A stretch of 64,000 bases of DNA from Negaprion brevirostris. Lineage: Eukaryota. The stretch is from assembly GCA_030324005.1 (NCBI GenBank), contig JARDVH010000130.1, forward strand, positions 40,891,223-40,955,222, given 5' to 3'. This document shows positions 1-13,347 of this stretch, one piece after another (the stretch's first letter is position 1; every line of letters begins with the position of its first letter). The notes beneath the pieces were generated by a model. That model was not told the origin of the DNA and did no database searches. It saw nothing but the letters and a program-made list of their open reading frames with translations. A program made the position numbers and the translations under genes.

Positions 1-97
1 ACCTCTTACTCAAAATGGGTGTAGAATGCATTGAGCTTATCAGGGAGGGGGTGCGTTGGAACTGACGATTTTACATGCCTTCATCTCGTAGCCTGTA
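1..97 (-). mobile_element. Rex1/Babar-type LINE fragment
   Basis: Minus strand translates to SSNAPLPDKLNAFYTHFE, resembling the LPDELNAFYARFE motif. Confidence 0.65.
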
Positions 98-418
98 ATC
101 ATAGAAACCCTACAGTACAGAAAGAGGCCATTTGGCCCATCGAGTCTACACCAACAATCCCATGCAGGCCCTATCCCCATATCCCTACACATTTTACCCA
201 CTAATCCACATGTCTCAGGGCACTAAGGGCAATTTTAGCATGGCCAATCAACCTAACCTGCACGTCTTTGGACTGTGGGAGGAAACCGGAGAACCCAAAG
301 AAAACCCACGCAGACACAAGGAGAATGTGCAAACTCCGCACAGACAGTGACCTAAGCTGGGAATCGAACCCAGGTCCCTGGAGCTGTAAAGCAGCAGTGC
401 TAACCACTGTGCTACCGT
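98..418 (-). mobile_element. HE1-type (V-SINE) tRNA-derived SINE with CR1/HER1 tail
   Basis: tRNA-like head GCACAGTGGTTAGCAC...GGTTCGATTCC, central TTCTCC..GTGTCTGCGTGGGTT, tail GGGCCAAATGGCC...TCTATG. Confidence 0.9.
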
Positions 419-689
419 CAACCCACTTGCAGACTTTGCCATAGTCGGTGGGGTCTTTGACTTCAAGGAAGATTTTGTTGCTGTTTTATTCGGAGCTCTT
501 AAGAGCCTTACACACATATAATGTCAAAGGGTTAGGCCAATTCTGAACATGGAATGTAGTTTTTATCTTTGTCGTGTCTTATCTATGTGAAACTTAACCC
601 ACTGCTGACGATAGCAGTTACAATAAAAGTTGAATTGGGATATTAAATTCTACGCAGTTGCAGTTAAATAATCCAAGTCATCAGTTACC

Positions 690-880
690 AGAAGGAACAC
701 GTTTAAGGTAACTGGCCAAAGAACCAGGGAGAGGATAAGGGACCCTTTTTACTCAGAGTTTTGATCTGTAATGCATTTCCTGTGAAGGCGCGAGAAGCAG
801 AGTGGTAGCTGTATCAAAAGTGTATGGGTAAAAGGGAAAGATATAGCAAGCATGTGGGACTAGTTGGATGATTCTGTCAA
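690..880 (+). mobile_element. old CR1 LINE 3' fragment
   Basis: Degenerate 3' end: GGAACACGTTTAAGGT...TTTTTACTCAGAG. Confidence 0.5.
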
Positions 881-884
881 AGTT

Positions 885-1156
885 TTTAAAGTTTATTTAT
901 CAGTGTCACCAGTAGGCTTACATTAACACTGCAATGAAGTTACTGTTTGGGTACAGCACCTGTTTGGGTACACTGAGGGAGAATTTAGCATGGCCAGTGC
1001 ACCAAACCAGCATGACTTCCAGACTGTGGGAGGAAACTGGAGCAGCTGGAGGAAACCCATGCAGACATGGGGAGAATGTGCAGACTTCGCACAGACAGTG
1101 ACCCAAGTCGGGAATCAAACCTGGGTCCCTGGCACTGCGAGGCAGCAGTGTAATCC
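885..1156 (-). mobile_element. HE1-like SINE, alternative-tail subfamily
   Basis: Same head and core; tail CAGTAACTTCATTGCAGTGTTAATGTAAGCCTACT...ATAAATAAACTTT. Confidence 0.88.
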
Positions 1157-1579
1157 AGCAACTGAGTTTAAATCCCCCACTGTAGTCTCAGGATTTAACT
1201 TCAGTTTTAAAATATAATGAATTAATTCAGTTGGCAGTTAGATGTGAGTTGTAAACCCAATAGGCTCGTTGATGAGCTAACCTGGCTGCAATCCTACTAT
1301 AACATGGTTGACCTGCACCTTTCCTCAGCTGTATCTACCCAGGGATGAGTGCAGTAAAGGCTAGTCTTGCCAGCAATGCTAAAACTGAATTTTTACCATC
1401 TGACTCTTTTGTAAATCAAAAAATATTATTAACTTCACTATCTCTTTAAGTGCACTGTTCGGACATTTTGTTTTTGTTTTAACTTTAAGGGACAGAAATA
1501 TTTGATGGTGATTTTTTTTCCCAATTAGAAATAATTAGAGACCCTTTCAAAGGAGAAATTAAAGGATTTCACCTGCATT

Positions 1580-2830
1580 AGACCATAAGACATAGAAATA
1601 GAAGCAGGCCATTCAGCCCATCGAGTCTGCTATGCCATTCAATGAGATGGCTGATCTGATATAACCTTCAACTTCACTCTCCCACCTTATCCCCATAACC
1701 CTTGATTTCCTGCCATATTAAAAATCAAGTCTGTCTTAGTCTTGAACACTCTTAACGACCCAACCTTTATAGCTCTCTGTGGTAAAGCATTCACTACCCT
1801 CTGAGAAGAGAAATCCTCCTCCTTTCTGTCTTCAATGGGAAACCCCTTAATCTGAGATTATGTTTTCTGGTCCAAGACTCTCCCACAAGAGAAAACAACC
1901 TCTCAGCAGCAACCCAGTCAAGTCTCCTGAGAATCCTATATGTCTCCATTAAGTTTGCCTCTCATTCTTCTAAACTCCAATGAATACAGGCCTAATCTAT
2001 TCAACCTCTACTCATAAAAAATCCCTCCATACCCAGCATCAACCTCTCGGGACTGCCTCCAATGCCAGTATATCTTTCCTTTGATTAGGAGGCCAAAACT
2101 GTTCACAGTATTCCAGGTGTGGTCTAATTGTACGGTTTCAGCAAGACTTTCCTATTTTTATACTCGATTCCCTTTGAAATAGAGGCCAACATTTCATTTG
2201 CCTTCCCCAATTACCTGCTGAACCTGCATGCTAGCTTATTGTGATTTATGCACAAGGACTCCCAAATCCCGCTGTGCTGCAGCTTTCTGCAGTCTTTTTC
2301 CATTTAAATAATATTCAGCTCCTTAATTATCCCTATTAAAGTTCATAACTTCACATTTTCCCACATTATATTGCATCTGCTAAGTCTTTGCACACTCACT
2401 TAACCTGTCTAATACCCTCAGTCGACACTTTATGTCAGCCGCAACACTTGCCTTCCCATCTATTATTTGTGTCATCCATCAACTTGGCAATTGGACATTC
2501 ACATTCCTTGTCCAAGTCATTAATATATATTGTAAATAATTGTGGCCCTGGCCCTGTGGCACTCCATTAGTTATAGGTTGCCATCCTGAAAATGTCCTTC
2601 ATATCCCAACTCCCTGTCTTCTATCAAGTAGCCAATCCTCTACCCATGCTAATATACTACCCCCATCACCATGGGCTCTTATAGCCTTTTGTGCGGTACC
2701 TTATCGAACGCTTTTTAGAAACTCAAGTACAGTACATCTACTGGTTCCCCTTTATCTATCCTATTAATTACCACCACAAAGAATTCTAATAAATTTGCCA
2801 GGTATGATTTCTCCTTCATGAAGCCATGCT
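1580..2830 (-). mobile_element. CR1/HER1-type LINE, degenerate RT to 3' end
   Basis: Typical 3' end (ACATAGAAATAGAAGCAGGCCATTCAGCCC on +) and RT remnants. Confidence 0.85.
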
Positions 2831-2890
2831 AATTGATTAATTAAACACAGTGCTCACAGGCTTTTGCCCCTGTGTGGTGATGATATCATA

Positions 2891-3730
2891 GAAGGAAAAA
2901 GACTTGCATTTATATAGCACCGTTCACAACCTCAAGACCTTTCAAAGCACTCTAGGGCCAATGATGCACTTTCGAAGTGTAGTCACTGTTATAATCTAGG
3001 AAATATGTCAGGCAATTTGTGCACAGCAAGCTCCCACAAACAGCAGCTATGATTGGAGGATAAATATTGACATGGATACCAGTGAATACTCCTCTACTCT
3101 TTTAAGGATTAATGCCATGAGATCTACAGGGCCTCAGTTTAACACAGTGGTGGGTAACCTACAGCTCGGGGGCCACAAGTGGCCCGTCTGGATTCTGACT
3201 GCAGCCCATTGGACATTTTGTTGACCATTGCCCATACACAGGATTGCTGCATTCTGCTGACCTCTGTCTGTGTAGTCTTTTTCCTATCAATAAGGCTGAA
3301 GCAGGTAAAACAAGGGCAAGTGAAGTGAGTTGAGTGCTGATTGCTCACATCATTGACTGTGAGAGCCATGAGTCCAAAGTGCAAATATTTATTTTGTTTT
3401 GACAATTTGAGGTTGATGACCGTTCTATATAAATGATTAAGCATTTTCTATAGCTAGTTATGAAATATTCAGCATGTATTAAATGTATTTAATCTTATTC
3501 ATGGGATCACGCTTAGTGAACAAGTCCAATTTCAACCTTGTGGCCCTCTTGAGATGGAGGAGGGTCACTCATGGAGCCCACTCACCAGCCTAGATTGCCC
3601 ATCACTTGTTTAGCGTCACATCTCAGAGAGAAAGCACCTCCCACAGTACAGCAGGGGACTGGCAGCTCAGCTTGATGCAATGAAATGCCTGGAGTGAGTC
3701 TTGACCCTTCCACCTTCGGACTTAGAGGTG
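2891..3730 (-). mobile_element. DeuSINE-type (SacSINE1/AmnSINE1-like) SINE split by a hAT MITE
   Basis: Minus-strand tail GCTATATAAATGCAAGTCTTT, Deu-like GATCTCATGGCATTAAT; resumes after 3607. Confidence 0.75.
3145..3607. mobile_element. hAT (Charlie-like) non-autonomous DNA transposon
   Basis: TIRs CAGTGGTGGGTAACCT ... AGATTGCCCATCACTT; degenerate 8-bp TSD GTTTAACA/GTTTAGCG. Confidence 0.75.
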
Positions 3731-3980
3731 AATGGCAGGATATTTGTGTCTTTGCACAATGAGATACAATGGATTTGCAGACAGGAATCTTCACCCCCAA
3801 CCCCACCACATCACACCCATCCAAGGGTGGGCTTTAATCCAGTCCATTGCAGTAGGAAACAAGGTTGCTGGGCCCACTCAGTTGCAGGAAAGTGTCCATT
3901 CATTCCTTTGAACAGATGAGGGGACAGCACTGGTACAGGGTTTTAAAATGAATTTCTTTTATTGAACAGAACTTAAGAAA

Positions 3981-4092
3981 GGCACAGTAGCACAGTGGTT
4001 AGGGGAGTACGGTAACAGGGCCTGGGTGAGATTGTGGTAGGTGCAGACTCGATGGGCCAAATGGCCTCTTTCTGTACTGTAGGGTTTCTATG
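3981..4092 (+). mobile_element. internally deleted HE1-type SINE
   Basis: SINE head GGCACAGTAGCACAGTGGTTAG joined directly to the CR1-type tail. Confidence 0.7.
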
Positions 4093-5165
4093 TTAAAAAA
4101 ATCAACACATCAGAAGCAAAAAAGGAAAATCAAACTTTGGAGCTGGTTTTTAAGTTAGCCAGTCCCTGGACTGAACTGGAAACACACACTAAAATCCACA
4201 ATATATCTTAACTCTTATCTTTTATTGAAAGTATCCTTCGCAGGATGTCTCTGTCTAGCAAAAAAAGCCTTGCAGCTGCTGTTACGCAAAACCAGAAGGG
4301 ACCTGGGGGGGAAAACCCAGCTGTTTGTGATGGGTTAGTTTGGCTCATTATGGAGCCAATCGACACCAATTATTCCTGAGCTCACCAGAGTTTAGTGGTG
4401 GCTCAGGGATTAAATGTGAGTGGCAAAGCCTTTCCTGTGCCTCCCATTGGCCGCCCAGCAAACTTTGTGACTTTCCAGGGGTCTTTCAAAAGTATTCGTG
4501 TCCAAGCAAAGTGCTCAACATTCAGAAGTGGCTGGTTGCTGCAAGGTGCCCATCCCCTGGCTTTGCCTCCAGTCCCCTGCAACCTCCCGCAACCTCTACC
4601 TCGCTCTCACTCACATGAGTCCAGCACTCCCACAATACTCTCTGTAGAAGAACCTGAAGTATTACTGCCAGCAGCCACTGCTCCCTGTGGCACTGCTGGC
4701 AATGGAGAGCTGCTGACCTCTGATTGGCCCTCAGCTCTCAGTGAGTGGGGCTTCTGCCCCCAAGGGTCCTAAATCCTGGCAAAGGCCTGAAGCTGGCCAG
4801 TTAAGTGCCTGACAGGCACTTAGTTCTGTCGGGCCTCCCCCTCAGAAGCAATGAGATTTTACCATCAGCTTTCCAACCAGGGCTGGACCTGTGTCAGTTA
4901 GATTAAATTCTAGGCCATGTCTCTGGGTTGAATGGAATCCATAATGTAAGAGTTGATCCTAAGATGGGGGTAAATCTCACTGCCAGGAAGGAGCCTACCA
5001 TGCAGCACACAACACGTGCTGATTTTATGGATAACCAAGACGGGTAACTGTTTATTGGATTCCACTGAAGAAACGGCCTGAAGACACTTAAGACAAGGCC
5101 CATGTGAAGGGAGAAAATGCCACTCGATCATTGGAATGACTTTAATCAGGTAATTGAGGGGGGCC

Positions 5166-5367
5166 TGTTAGAATATGAACTCCCTGATTAAGGGCCAAAT
5201 TGATTGGCCAATCAGGGAGACTCTTGCTTTGTATGTAACCAGGAGTGTCAGTTCCTCTGGCACTCCTAATATAGACTGTTCACTGAAGGCACTCTGGGTG
5301 CTGTTGTCAGACTTTTAAATAAAGGGATTTTGGTGAAGGGACTTCTGCGTCTGAAGACTTATTACCA
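5166..5367 (+). mobile_element. possible short solo LTR
   Basis: Starts TGTTAG, contains CCAAT and AATAAA, ends TTATTACCA; no clear TSD. Confidence 0.4.
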
Positions 5368-6392
5368 TCACCTACATTGTATTTGACATGAGATTTCTTT
5401 TCTTGTAATGTCCTTTGCAATGATAATGTGATAGCACTGTTTTCCTTTTGGTGCTGAACCTCCATGGTCAAGGAAGTATTTTTTTTAGGAGCTTAGTGAT
5501 TGTTGTTATGTAGAAAAACACAAGTTGTTCACAGAGTCCCACAAAAAGCTAAAAGAATGAATCATTCAATGGTCTGACTTTTGGTTGCAAGATGTAAGCT
5601 CAGCAGGACATTGGGAGAAGCCCCAGCTCCTCCTTGGCCAGATCTTCCAGGATTTCCCCTTCTGCATCAGGAGTCAAACAGAGGCCAACATTAAAATAAA
5701 TGCTGCTGGCCGCCTTCTTCCTTCACGGTTGCAATGCTATCAATGGATACCTTTTTGACAAAACAGATCACCACCTGAGTGACTAATCATTCGCAGCTCT
5801 GTGTAACCTGAATTTGATACACAAGGGCAGAACGGCCAACACACAAACAGTGTTAGCTGCTCACAGTCTCCTCGCTCCAACAATTGTACAGCTGGCAAGA
5901 TTTAACACATATGTCGCGAACAACAACCACTGTTTCATCAGGCCAAACCTTCAGGGTGTTACAGAAAGATCTGATCGTCATGCATGAATCACGTTGATTT
6001 CTGAAGGCTCTGTTCCTAGAACCACAGTAATTGTATCCAGTCAGCAGAGCCCTACATTCTTTCATCGTAAGAGACGGGTTTGACATGATATTATAACCAC
6101 ACACTAGATTAGAGGGTGTATTTGAAGTTACAAAATGTGTGTTCATCGGTTGTTTTGGTTGCTATGTTTCACCATTTTCTCATCTCCCAATTAATTTGCG
6201 TAAATTCAAATCAGTTTAAACAATGAAGAAGAAGTTGAATATTGAAAGTAAATGGCTTTATAAGGGGCTCACATGTTTCTATGTGTGCAGCAAGCACAGT
6301 GATATGGTTCAACTCATCCAGCTCCATGCTAAAGCATATCTGCATTATTTGTGAGTGATATCGCTACAGTAAACACTTTAACCTTACATCAT

Positions 6393-6688
6393 TGTTTATT
6401 TATTAGTGTCACAAATAGGCTTACATTAACACTACAATTAAGTTACTTTGAAAATCCCCTAATCGCCACACTCCGGCGCCTGTTTGGGTTCACTGGGGGA
6501 AAATTTAGCATGGCCAATGCACCTAACCAGCACGTCTTTCAGACTGTGGGAGGAAACTGGAGCACACAGAGGAAGCCCACACAGACATGGGGAGAACGTG
6601 CAGACTCCACACAGGGAGTGACCCAAGCCAGGAATCGAACCCTGGTCCCTGTTGCTGTGAGGCAGCAGTGTTAACCACTGTGCCGCCA
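6393..6688 (-). mobile_element. HE1-like SINE (alternative tail)
   Basis: Full head, core and tail match the other copies. Confidence 0.9.
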
Positions 6689-6839
6689 TTGCTGGTGACT
6701 TCTGATGTGTACCTCTTGCACAGTTAAACTAAATGCAACTAGTTTCGCCTCAACACAATCAAACTTTGAATTCAGTCTCTAAATCTGCCACCAGTTTCTT
6801 TTACCGCCTTGGCTTTGTTCAGATCCAGCATTCTCATCG

Positions 6840-7180
6840 CTGGAATCAGGGGCCAGTGACCCAATCCAGAGACATGAGCACATAATCTAGGCTGACACTT
6901 CAGTGCAGTACTGTCAGGTGGAGCAAGAAAGTGATACCCTGTCTGATGTCTCAGGTGGGTGGAAAGGATTGAATTAGAAGTGACAGGAATATTCTTCCAA
7001 GGGCAATAAAAAGAATCGCTAAAAACTGTATGATCATTATCATACAGTTGGTTGTGGAGCTGACTTGCTGTGTGCATCTTACCTTGCAGAAAAATAGTGA
7101 CCACACTTTGAAAATACTTCATAGGATGTCCCAAATTGCTTTCCAGCCAATGATCATGAAAAGTGAGCAAGTCCTTTCTC
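6840..7180 (+). mobile_element. DeuSINE-type SINE
   Basis: TCCAGAGACATGAGCACATAATCTAGGCTGACACTTCAGTGCAGTACTG ... AAATACTTCATAGG. Confidence 0.7.
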
Positions 7181-7189
7181 AAATCTTCT

Positions 7190-8830
7190 CTGTCTACAGG
7201 TGAGGTGTCAGAGGATTGAAGGAATGCTAACAGTGTCCCATTATTCAAAAAGGGAGGGAGGGATAGACCAGGAGACCAAAGGCCAGTCAGCCTAATCTCA
7301 GTGGTGGGGAAATTTCTAGAAAGAATCCTGAGGGACAGAATATATCTGTACTTGGATAGATACGGATTAATCAGGGATAGTCAACATGGACTTGTCACAT
7401 TTGACAAATGTAATTGAATTTTTTGAGGAGAGAAACAGTGTTGATAAGGATAATGCATTTGAAGTCATCCATTTGGATTTTAGCAAGGCTTTTGATAAGG
7501 TCCCTCATGACTATCCAGTCAAGAAAATAATTTGGGATTCAAGGCAAATTGGCACATTTGATCCAAAATTGGCCAACAGGCAGGAAGCAGAGGGTAATGG
7601 TAGAGGAATGTCTCTGTGGCTGGAAGTCCATTTCCAGTGAGGTTCTGCAGGGCTTGGTGTTGGGGCGTTTGATCTTTATGGTGAACATTAATGATTTGGA
7701 CTCAAGTGTAGAGGGTATGATCAAGAAGTTCATGGATGACATGATAATTGGTTGGGTGGTAAACAGTGAAGAGGATAGCCATAGACTGCAAGAGGATATC
7801 AATGGACTGGTCAGGTGGGCAGAGAATGGCAAATGGAATTCAACCTGGAAAAGTGGGAGGTAATGTACATGGGGAGGGTTTACGAGGCAAAGGATTAGAC
7901 TACGAATGGTAGGACCCTGGAAAGTACTGAAGATCAGAGGGACTTTGGAGGGCATACCCCCAGATCCCTGAAGGTGGCAGGGCAGATAGATAAGGTGATT
8001 AAGAAGATATATAGGACACTTGCCTTTATTAGTCAAGGCATAGAACACAAGAGCAGGGAGGTCATGCTGGAACTGTATAAAACACTGGTTAGGCTACAAC
8101 TGGAGTACTGTGTGCAGTTCTGGTCATCACATTATATGAAGGATGTGAATGCTCTGGAGAGGTTACAGAGGAGATTCACCAGGATGCTGCCTGGGCTGGA
8201 GGGTCTGAGCTAGGAAATATTGCTTAGGATCATAAAATAGAATAGAATACCTACAATGCAAAAGGAGGCCATTTGGCCCATCGAGCCTGCACTGATTCTC
8301 CAACAGAGGATCTTACCCAGGCTCTATCTCTGTAACCCCACATACTTACCTCACTAAACCCCCTAACCTAGGCATTTTGGGATACTAAAAGATAATTTAT
8401 CATTGCCAATCCATCTAACTTGCACATCTTTGCATTGGCTGGGGCTGTTTTCTTATGAGTAACAAAGTTTAAGAGGGGACCTGTTAGAGATGCATGAGTT
8501 TATGACAGGAATTGATCGAGTGGATAGGACGGTGTTTTTTCCATTTGTTGAGGGTCAAAAGCCAGGGGGCACAGATTTATGATAGGAGGTGGAAGGTTAA
8601 GAGGGTAGTTGAGAAGCATTTTTTTTAACCCGGAGGGAGTCTGGAAATCACTGCCTGAAAGGGTGATAGAGTTAGAAACTCTAGTAACATTTAAGAAGTA
8701 TTTAGGTATTCACTTGCATTGTTGTAACCTCCAGGGCTATGGGCCAAGCACTGGGGAATGGGATTAGTGTAGCCAAATCTTTGTTGACCATCATGTGGGC
8801 ATGATGGGCTGGATGACCTCCTCCTGCACA
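7190..8830 (+). mobile_element. CR1/HER1-type LINE, degenerate ORF2 (RT)
   Basis: ORF track shows LDFSKAFDKVPH, SEVLQGLVLG, KFMDDM and LYKTLVRLQLEYCVQFWS, broken by frameshifts; a SINE is inserted at 8232-8432. Confidence 0.92.
8232..8432 (-). mobile_element. 5'-truncated HE1-type SINE inside CR1
   Basis: Tail and partial core interrupt the CR1 sequence. Confidence 0.75.
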
Positions 8831-9166
8831 TTGCTGCCTAAGTTCCAGGGACCCGGGTTCAATTCCAGCCTTGGGTGACTGTGTGGAGTTTGCACATTCT
8901 CCCTGTGTCTGGGCGGGTTTCCATTGGGTGCTCCAGTTTCCTCCCACGGTCCAAAGATGTTCANNNNNNNNNNNNNNNNNNNNNNNNNNNNNNNNNNNNN
9001 NNNNNNNNNNNNNNNNNNNNNNNNNNNNNNNAGGTTAGATGAATTAGCCATGGGAAATGTGTGGATTTATGGGGGTAGAATGGGGAAAAGTGCCTGGATA
9101 AGATACTCTTTCAGAATTAATGGGCCGAATGGCTTCTTCGGCACTGTAGGGAACTTTTGATTCTAT
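8828..9166 (+). mobile_element. HE1-type SINE (CR1 tail), gapped
   Basis: CCCGGGTTCAATTCC head, core, tail GGGCCGAATGGC...TTCTATG. Confidence 0.85.
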
Positions 9167-10309
9167 GTACTATAAATGTCTATGAATTTTTGCTATATGG
9201 ATAAAAGTTCTTTATTTTGTCTAAATGAGGCAGATTACATCAATGATTAAATCAGAGGTTGCATCCTGTACTCTACATGATGAATACGCATGACTCAAGA
9301 GTATATTCCCTGTCTCACAGCATTTTTATTGTAAATTGCAGATTATTATCTACACTATCCTTTGCCTCTAATCACCTGAAGGCGAATGTGCGTGTGAGTT
9401 AGTCAAAAAGGAGGGGAGTCTATGGACAATATTAATTTAGGAGAGAAGCCTCCGGGGATTAGGTTGGGCATTGCTCAACTGAAATTCAGTGAAACATTTA
9501 CTTATTTGAAGTTCATTAAAAACTTAGCAAAGGCGGTTCCATTTTTCAGCAACCCCCCGTCCTTAAAATTGATAATGCTCTGACGAAGCAGACCAAGCCC
9601 CAGTGAGTCAATTATTTCACGGACGCTGAACTCCAACGTATAATTAATACAGGCAGCAATATAGAGCGAGCCCAGTGTCAGTCTCGTTTCTGACTCACTA
9701 ATAAGGTGGGGAGCTCCGCAGGGCATAAACTGGATGCGACTTGTCTCAAGGCAATTAGGAAAACGTAGGCAAGCAAATGGCAGTTTTCCAGAATGTGGTG
9801 AAACATTTCAAGCCTTCGCGTTTCAGTAACTAGGAAATCTCCTCAAGCCTTTTTACGTCTGTTTTTAAAATTCTTTTACCTTCGCTTCCTTTACATCTTT
9901 CCCACTTTTCTCTCTCTGTGCCATTGCCCTCATTTTTTTATTTGCAAAAATATACTTTAATCATAAAATATCTGAAGGAGCACTGCAAAACATTTCATCT
10001 CAGAAAGCACAATGATATTCAAACTTTCACTCTGAGGTGCTTCGTACAATAAAAGGAACATCACAAACGTTTCAAAATGGTTTTTGTAGAAAGTGCAATG
10101 ATATTTAAATTGGCTACATAGATCATGTTGTATTCTGAATCTCCAAAACATTTTGATATATGTAATATTCACCATATGCATTCACTGTGACTCATACGCC
10201 GATGGGATCTATATAATTTCCAGCCGCTCAGTGTGCTGTGGCAAAAAGGTCTTAAAGTAATAACTTTTCCCCATTGCACTTCTGCGGTGGCTGCGCCATG
10301 TTTGAGTGT

Positions 10310-10645
10310 GTCCCTCAGCACCTAGTCATAGACCTTGGAATGTGCCACTCAGTCAAGGACATTTCTTTGCACTTACATATTTTGGGCAGGCCAAAGAGCT
10401 TTCACTGATTTGATGATCTCCAGCCATGGTTGATATTTGTCTCAGTGTGTGTCCCTAGGGAACAGCCCGTAGAGCACAGAGTTCTGCGTCTACAAGGAGG
10501 TGGACAACAGTCCCTTCCCCACCAGAGTCACCTCAGGGGCAATGTGTAGACAGGGCGAGACTGTGGGCGTGTAGGAAGGATTTGTCAGGCAGGGTGCTTT
10601 CTCACCACCAGCCAAGATATGTGTTGGTGTTTGTTTGAAAGTTCT
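10310..10645 (-). mobile_element. Tx1/L1-clade LINE ORF2 C-terminal fragment
   Basis: Minus-strand remnants ELSNKHQ..WLVVR and SVLYGLFP.THTETNIN; homologous to 61740-62050. Confidence 0.7.
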
Positions 10646-11137
10646 AGAGATGAGGAATTCTGCCAGATAACTTTGACAGTATGCTCAGGCAATCATCCAA
10701 CAGGATCCACCATCTTCTTTTCCTGGAGGTGCTTTCGGACATTGTGTGCAGATCACTGCCTGATGGACTGTGGTCAAAGGTGATTGTCTGCATAAATGTT
10801 TCCACGAGGAGTGAGGCAGAGACAAGCACTACACAATGTACAACTGACTGTATGAATCCAAAGTCCCGAGCATCTGAAGCAGAAATCCACAGTCAGGGCT
10901 GTCTTTCAGTTATACAATTAGAAAGAGGTAGACACAGGAAGTATAAAACTATTACCAGTTAACAAATGACAATAAAGCATCAGATTGCGGGGAAAACCTA
11001 AATGGTTCTGTAATGCTGCATTTCTCAAATTTCTCTGGTTGAAGGGACACCTTTTCGAATGGATTAGTTATCGTGGATCCCATTATAGAAATTAGGGGAA
11101 ATGGCACCCCAGGCACCTTCCCTTTGGGTTTAAATAT

Positions 11138-11470
11138 GGTGGTAGTGTGGCCCCTTTAAGGAGGCAATCCCTGAGGGCCACATGATTGGGCCGGATCAAT
11201 GGAGAGGCAGTGTGGGAAGCCGAACCCAACAGGCACAAGGGCTCATGTCCTGGGTTGGGGAGGAATCTCAGTTGGAGCCAGGAAGGAAAAGTAACTTCAT
11301 TGCAGTGTTAACGTAAGCCTACTTGTGACACTAATAAATAAACTAAAACTTTACAGTAAATGTGCATTGCTGGTTTGTCGGACCTTTGTTTGTACATATA
11401 TAAATATTGTTGGTGATAAACCCTTTATAATTTGAAGCCACAGTGAGTCATGTTTGAAGTTATTACAACT
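11138..11470 (+). mobile_element. possible degenerate solo LTR with an inserted SINE tail (11290-11350)
   Basis: GGCCCCTTTAAG motif, flanked by ATAT on both sides; termini are not canonical. Confidence 0.3.
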
Positions 11471-11529
11471 ATATGCTACTTAATTTATTTTTCAAACTCC
11501 ATTCTTCTTGCACAAGGCTGGACTCATCT

Positions 11530-11838
11530 GGGCAATATGGTGGCACAGTAGTGAGCACTGTTGCCTTACAGCCCTAGGGACCTGTGTTTGTTTCCTGACT
11601 TGGGTCACTGTCTTTCTGGAGTTTGCACATTCTCCCCATGTCTGCATGGGTTTCCTACAGGTGCTCCGGTTTCCTTCCACAGTCTGAAAGATGTGCTGAT
11701 TAGGTGAATTGGCCGTGCTAAATTCTCCCTCAGTGTATCTGAACAGGCACCGGAGCGTGGCGACTAGGGGAATTTCACAGTAACTTAATTGCAATGTTAA
11801 TGTAAGCCTTACTTGTAACTAATAAATAAACTTTAACT
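11530..11838 (+). mobile_element. HE1-like SINE (alternative tail)
   Basis: Full-length match to the other copies. Confidence 0.9.
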
Positions 11839-13052
11839 GTAGGTCTAACTGATGGATCTTCTGGTTGTTCTCAGTGCTGCTCCATGCCTGTTCCCCTCCT
11901 AAGAGAGAGAGCTGACCCACCTTGTACTGCATACATAGCCACCATGTTCGTCTCAATTTCATATCAGTCCACTCTCACTTCCTCTTGTCTGCAATGTACT
12001 TTGGCCATGGCATCTTAGTCACGCATAATGCTCAGCCAGAAGGCTAGTCCAGACTGATATCTTCCACAATATGTCATGGGTCCTCCAAAAGGTCGTTACA
12101 AAAGGCAGTAAAGAAGGATATAGAACAAATACATGTATTAAAGAAGCAAATCCCAATTTAACAGCCAATTCTCTAATGTACTTTCAGGAAGAAAATCTGC
12201 CACTCATGCCTGGTCTGACCTATAGCTGACTTCTAGTTTCACAGCAGCCTGGTTGAACCTTAGCTGCCCTCTGGAATAGTCTCGCAAACCGCTCAGACGA
12301 AAGCATTCTTTAATATTTGAATAGAGAAAATTGCAGGGCTATGAGAAAGAGAAGGTCATGGGATTAGACTTGGATTGCTTTGGGAAGGAGCCGGCACTCA
12401 AACAATGGTTCAAATCGCCCCCTTCTCTAGTGCAAACCTTCATAATTATATATCCCCAGGCATCTTCCTCAGTCTGCATTGGGAATAATGCAGAATTGTA
12501 CCTTGTACAGTCTGTGCATCCACTGTGATTGTTATTATATCAGATGGATTATAATCAGTGCTGTATAATTTACATTGAAAGGTGACGAGACCCATGGTTT
12601 TAAATCTTTCAGTTTACAGCAAAGTAAAATAAAGGTCAGAACACAGTTATCACCTTCAATCAGCAAACGTATCAGTTTCAAACTGTGACTATAAACAGGG
12701 CCCAGTCAAAAGCTCCCTAGTTCCAGTATGGCTGCTCAGGTTTCATGAGTTGCTTTCCCTTACATTGCTCATAAATTAATACTGTGTTAAAGGTAATAAC
12801 TATACCCTTTCTGTCTAAAAACAAAGGAGCTAAATTGAGAAATACCACCAATCATTAACTTTGATTTCCTCTGGGAACATTCATCCCTGAGGTATTTGCT
12901 CTTGGATCAACAGTCAGCTAGAAGACTGTTTGCAAGGCACTGTAAATTACATAGCTAACTTTCCTTCAAACAGGCAACAAGTTCTTGTGGATTGGGGAAT
13001 ATTGTGCATGAGGGACAAGAGTGCTTCATTATTACTATTTCCAAAAGGGAGC

Positions 13053-13347
13053 GATAGCATGGTGACACAGTGGCACAGCTGCTTCACAGCGCCAGGGACC
13101 CAGATTCGATTCCTGGCTTGAGTCATTGTCTGTGCGGAGTCTGCACGTTGTCCCCATGGGTTTCCCCCGGGTGCTCCAGTTTCCTCCCACAGTCTGAAAG
13201 ATATGCGGTTTAGGTGCATTGGTCATGCTAAATTCTCCCTCAGTCTGTCTGAACAGACGCCGGAGTGTGGCAACTAGGGAATTCTCAAAGTAACTTCACT
13301 GCAGTGTAAATGCAAGCCTACTTGTGACACTGATAAATAAACTTTAA
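13053..13347 (+). mobile_element. HE1-like SINE (alternative tail)
   Basis: Full-length copy. Confidence 0.9.

Noticed and set aside
4655-4825. Palindromes such as TAAGTGCCTG-A-CAGGCACTTA and GCCAGCAG...CTGCTGGC
   Set aside because: Probably internal parts of a degenerate MITE-like repeat; no termini could be defined
10681-10962. ORF with CRSLPDGLWS, faintly like a sushi domain
   Set aside because: No proper cysteine spacing, no partner exons, and adjacent to a Tx1 fragment
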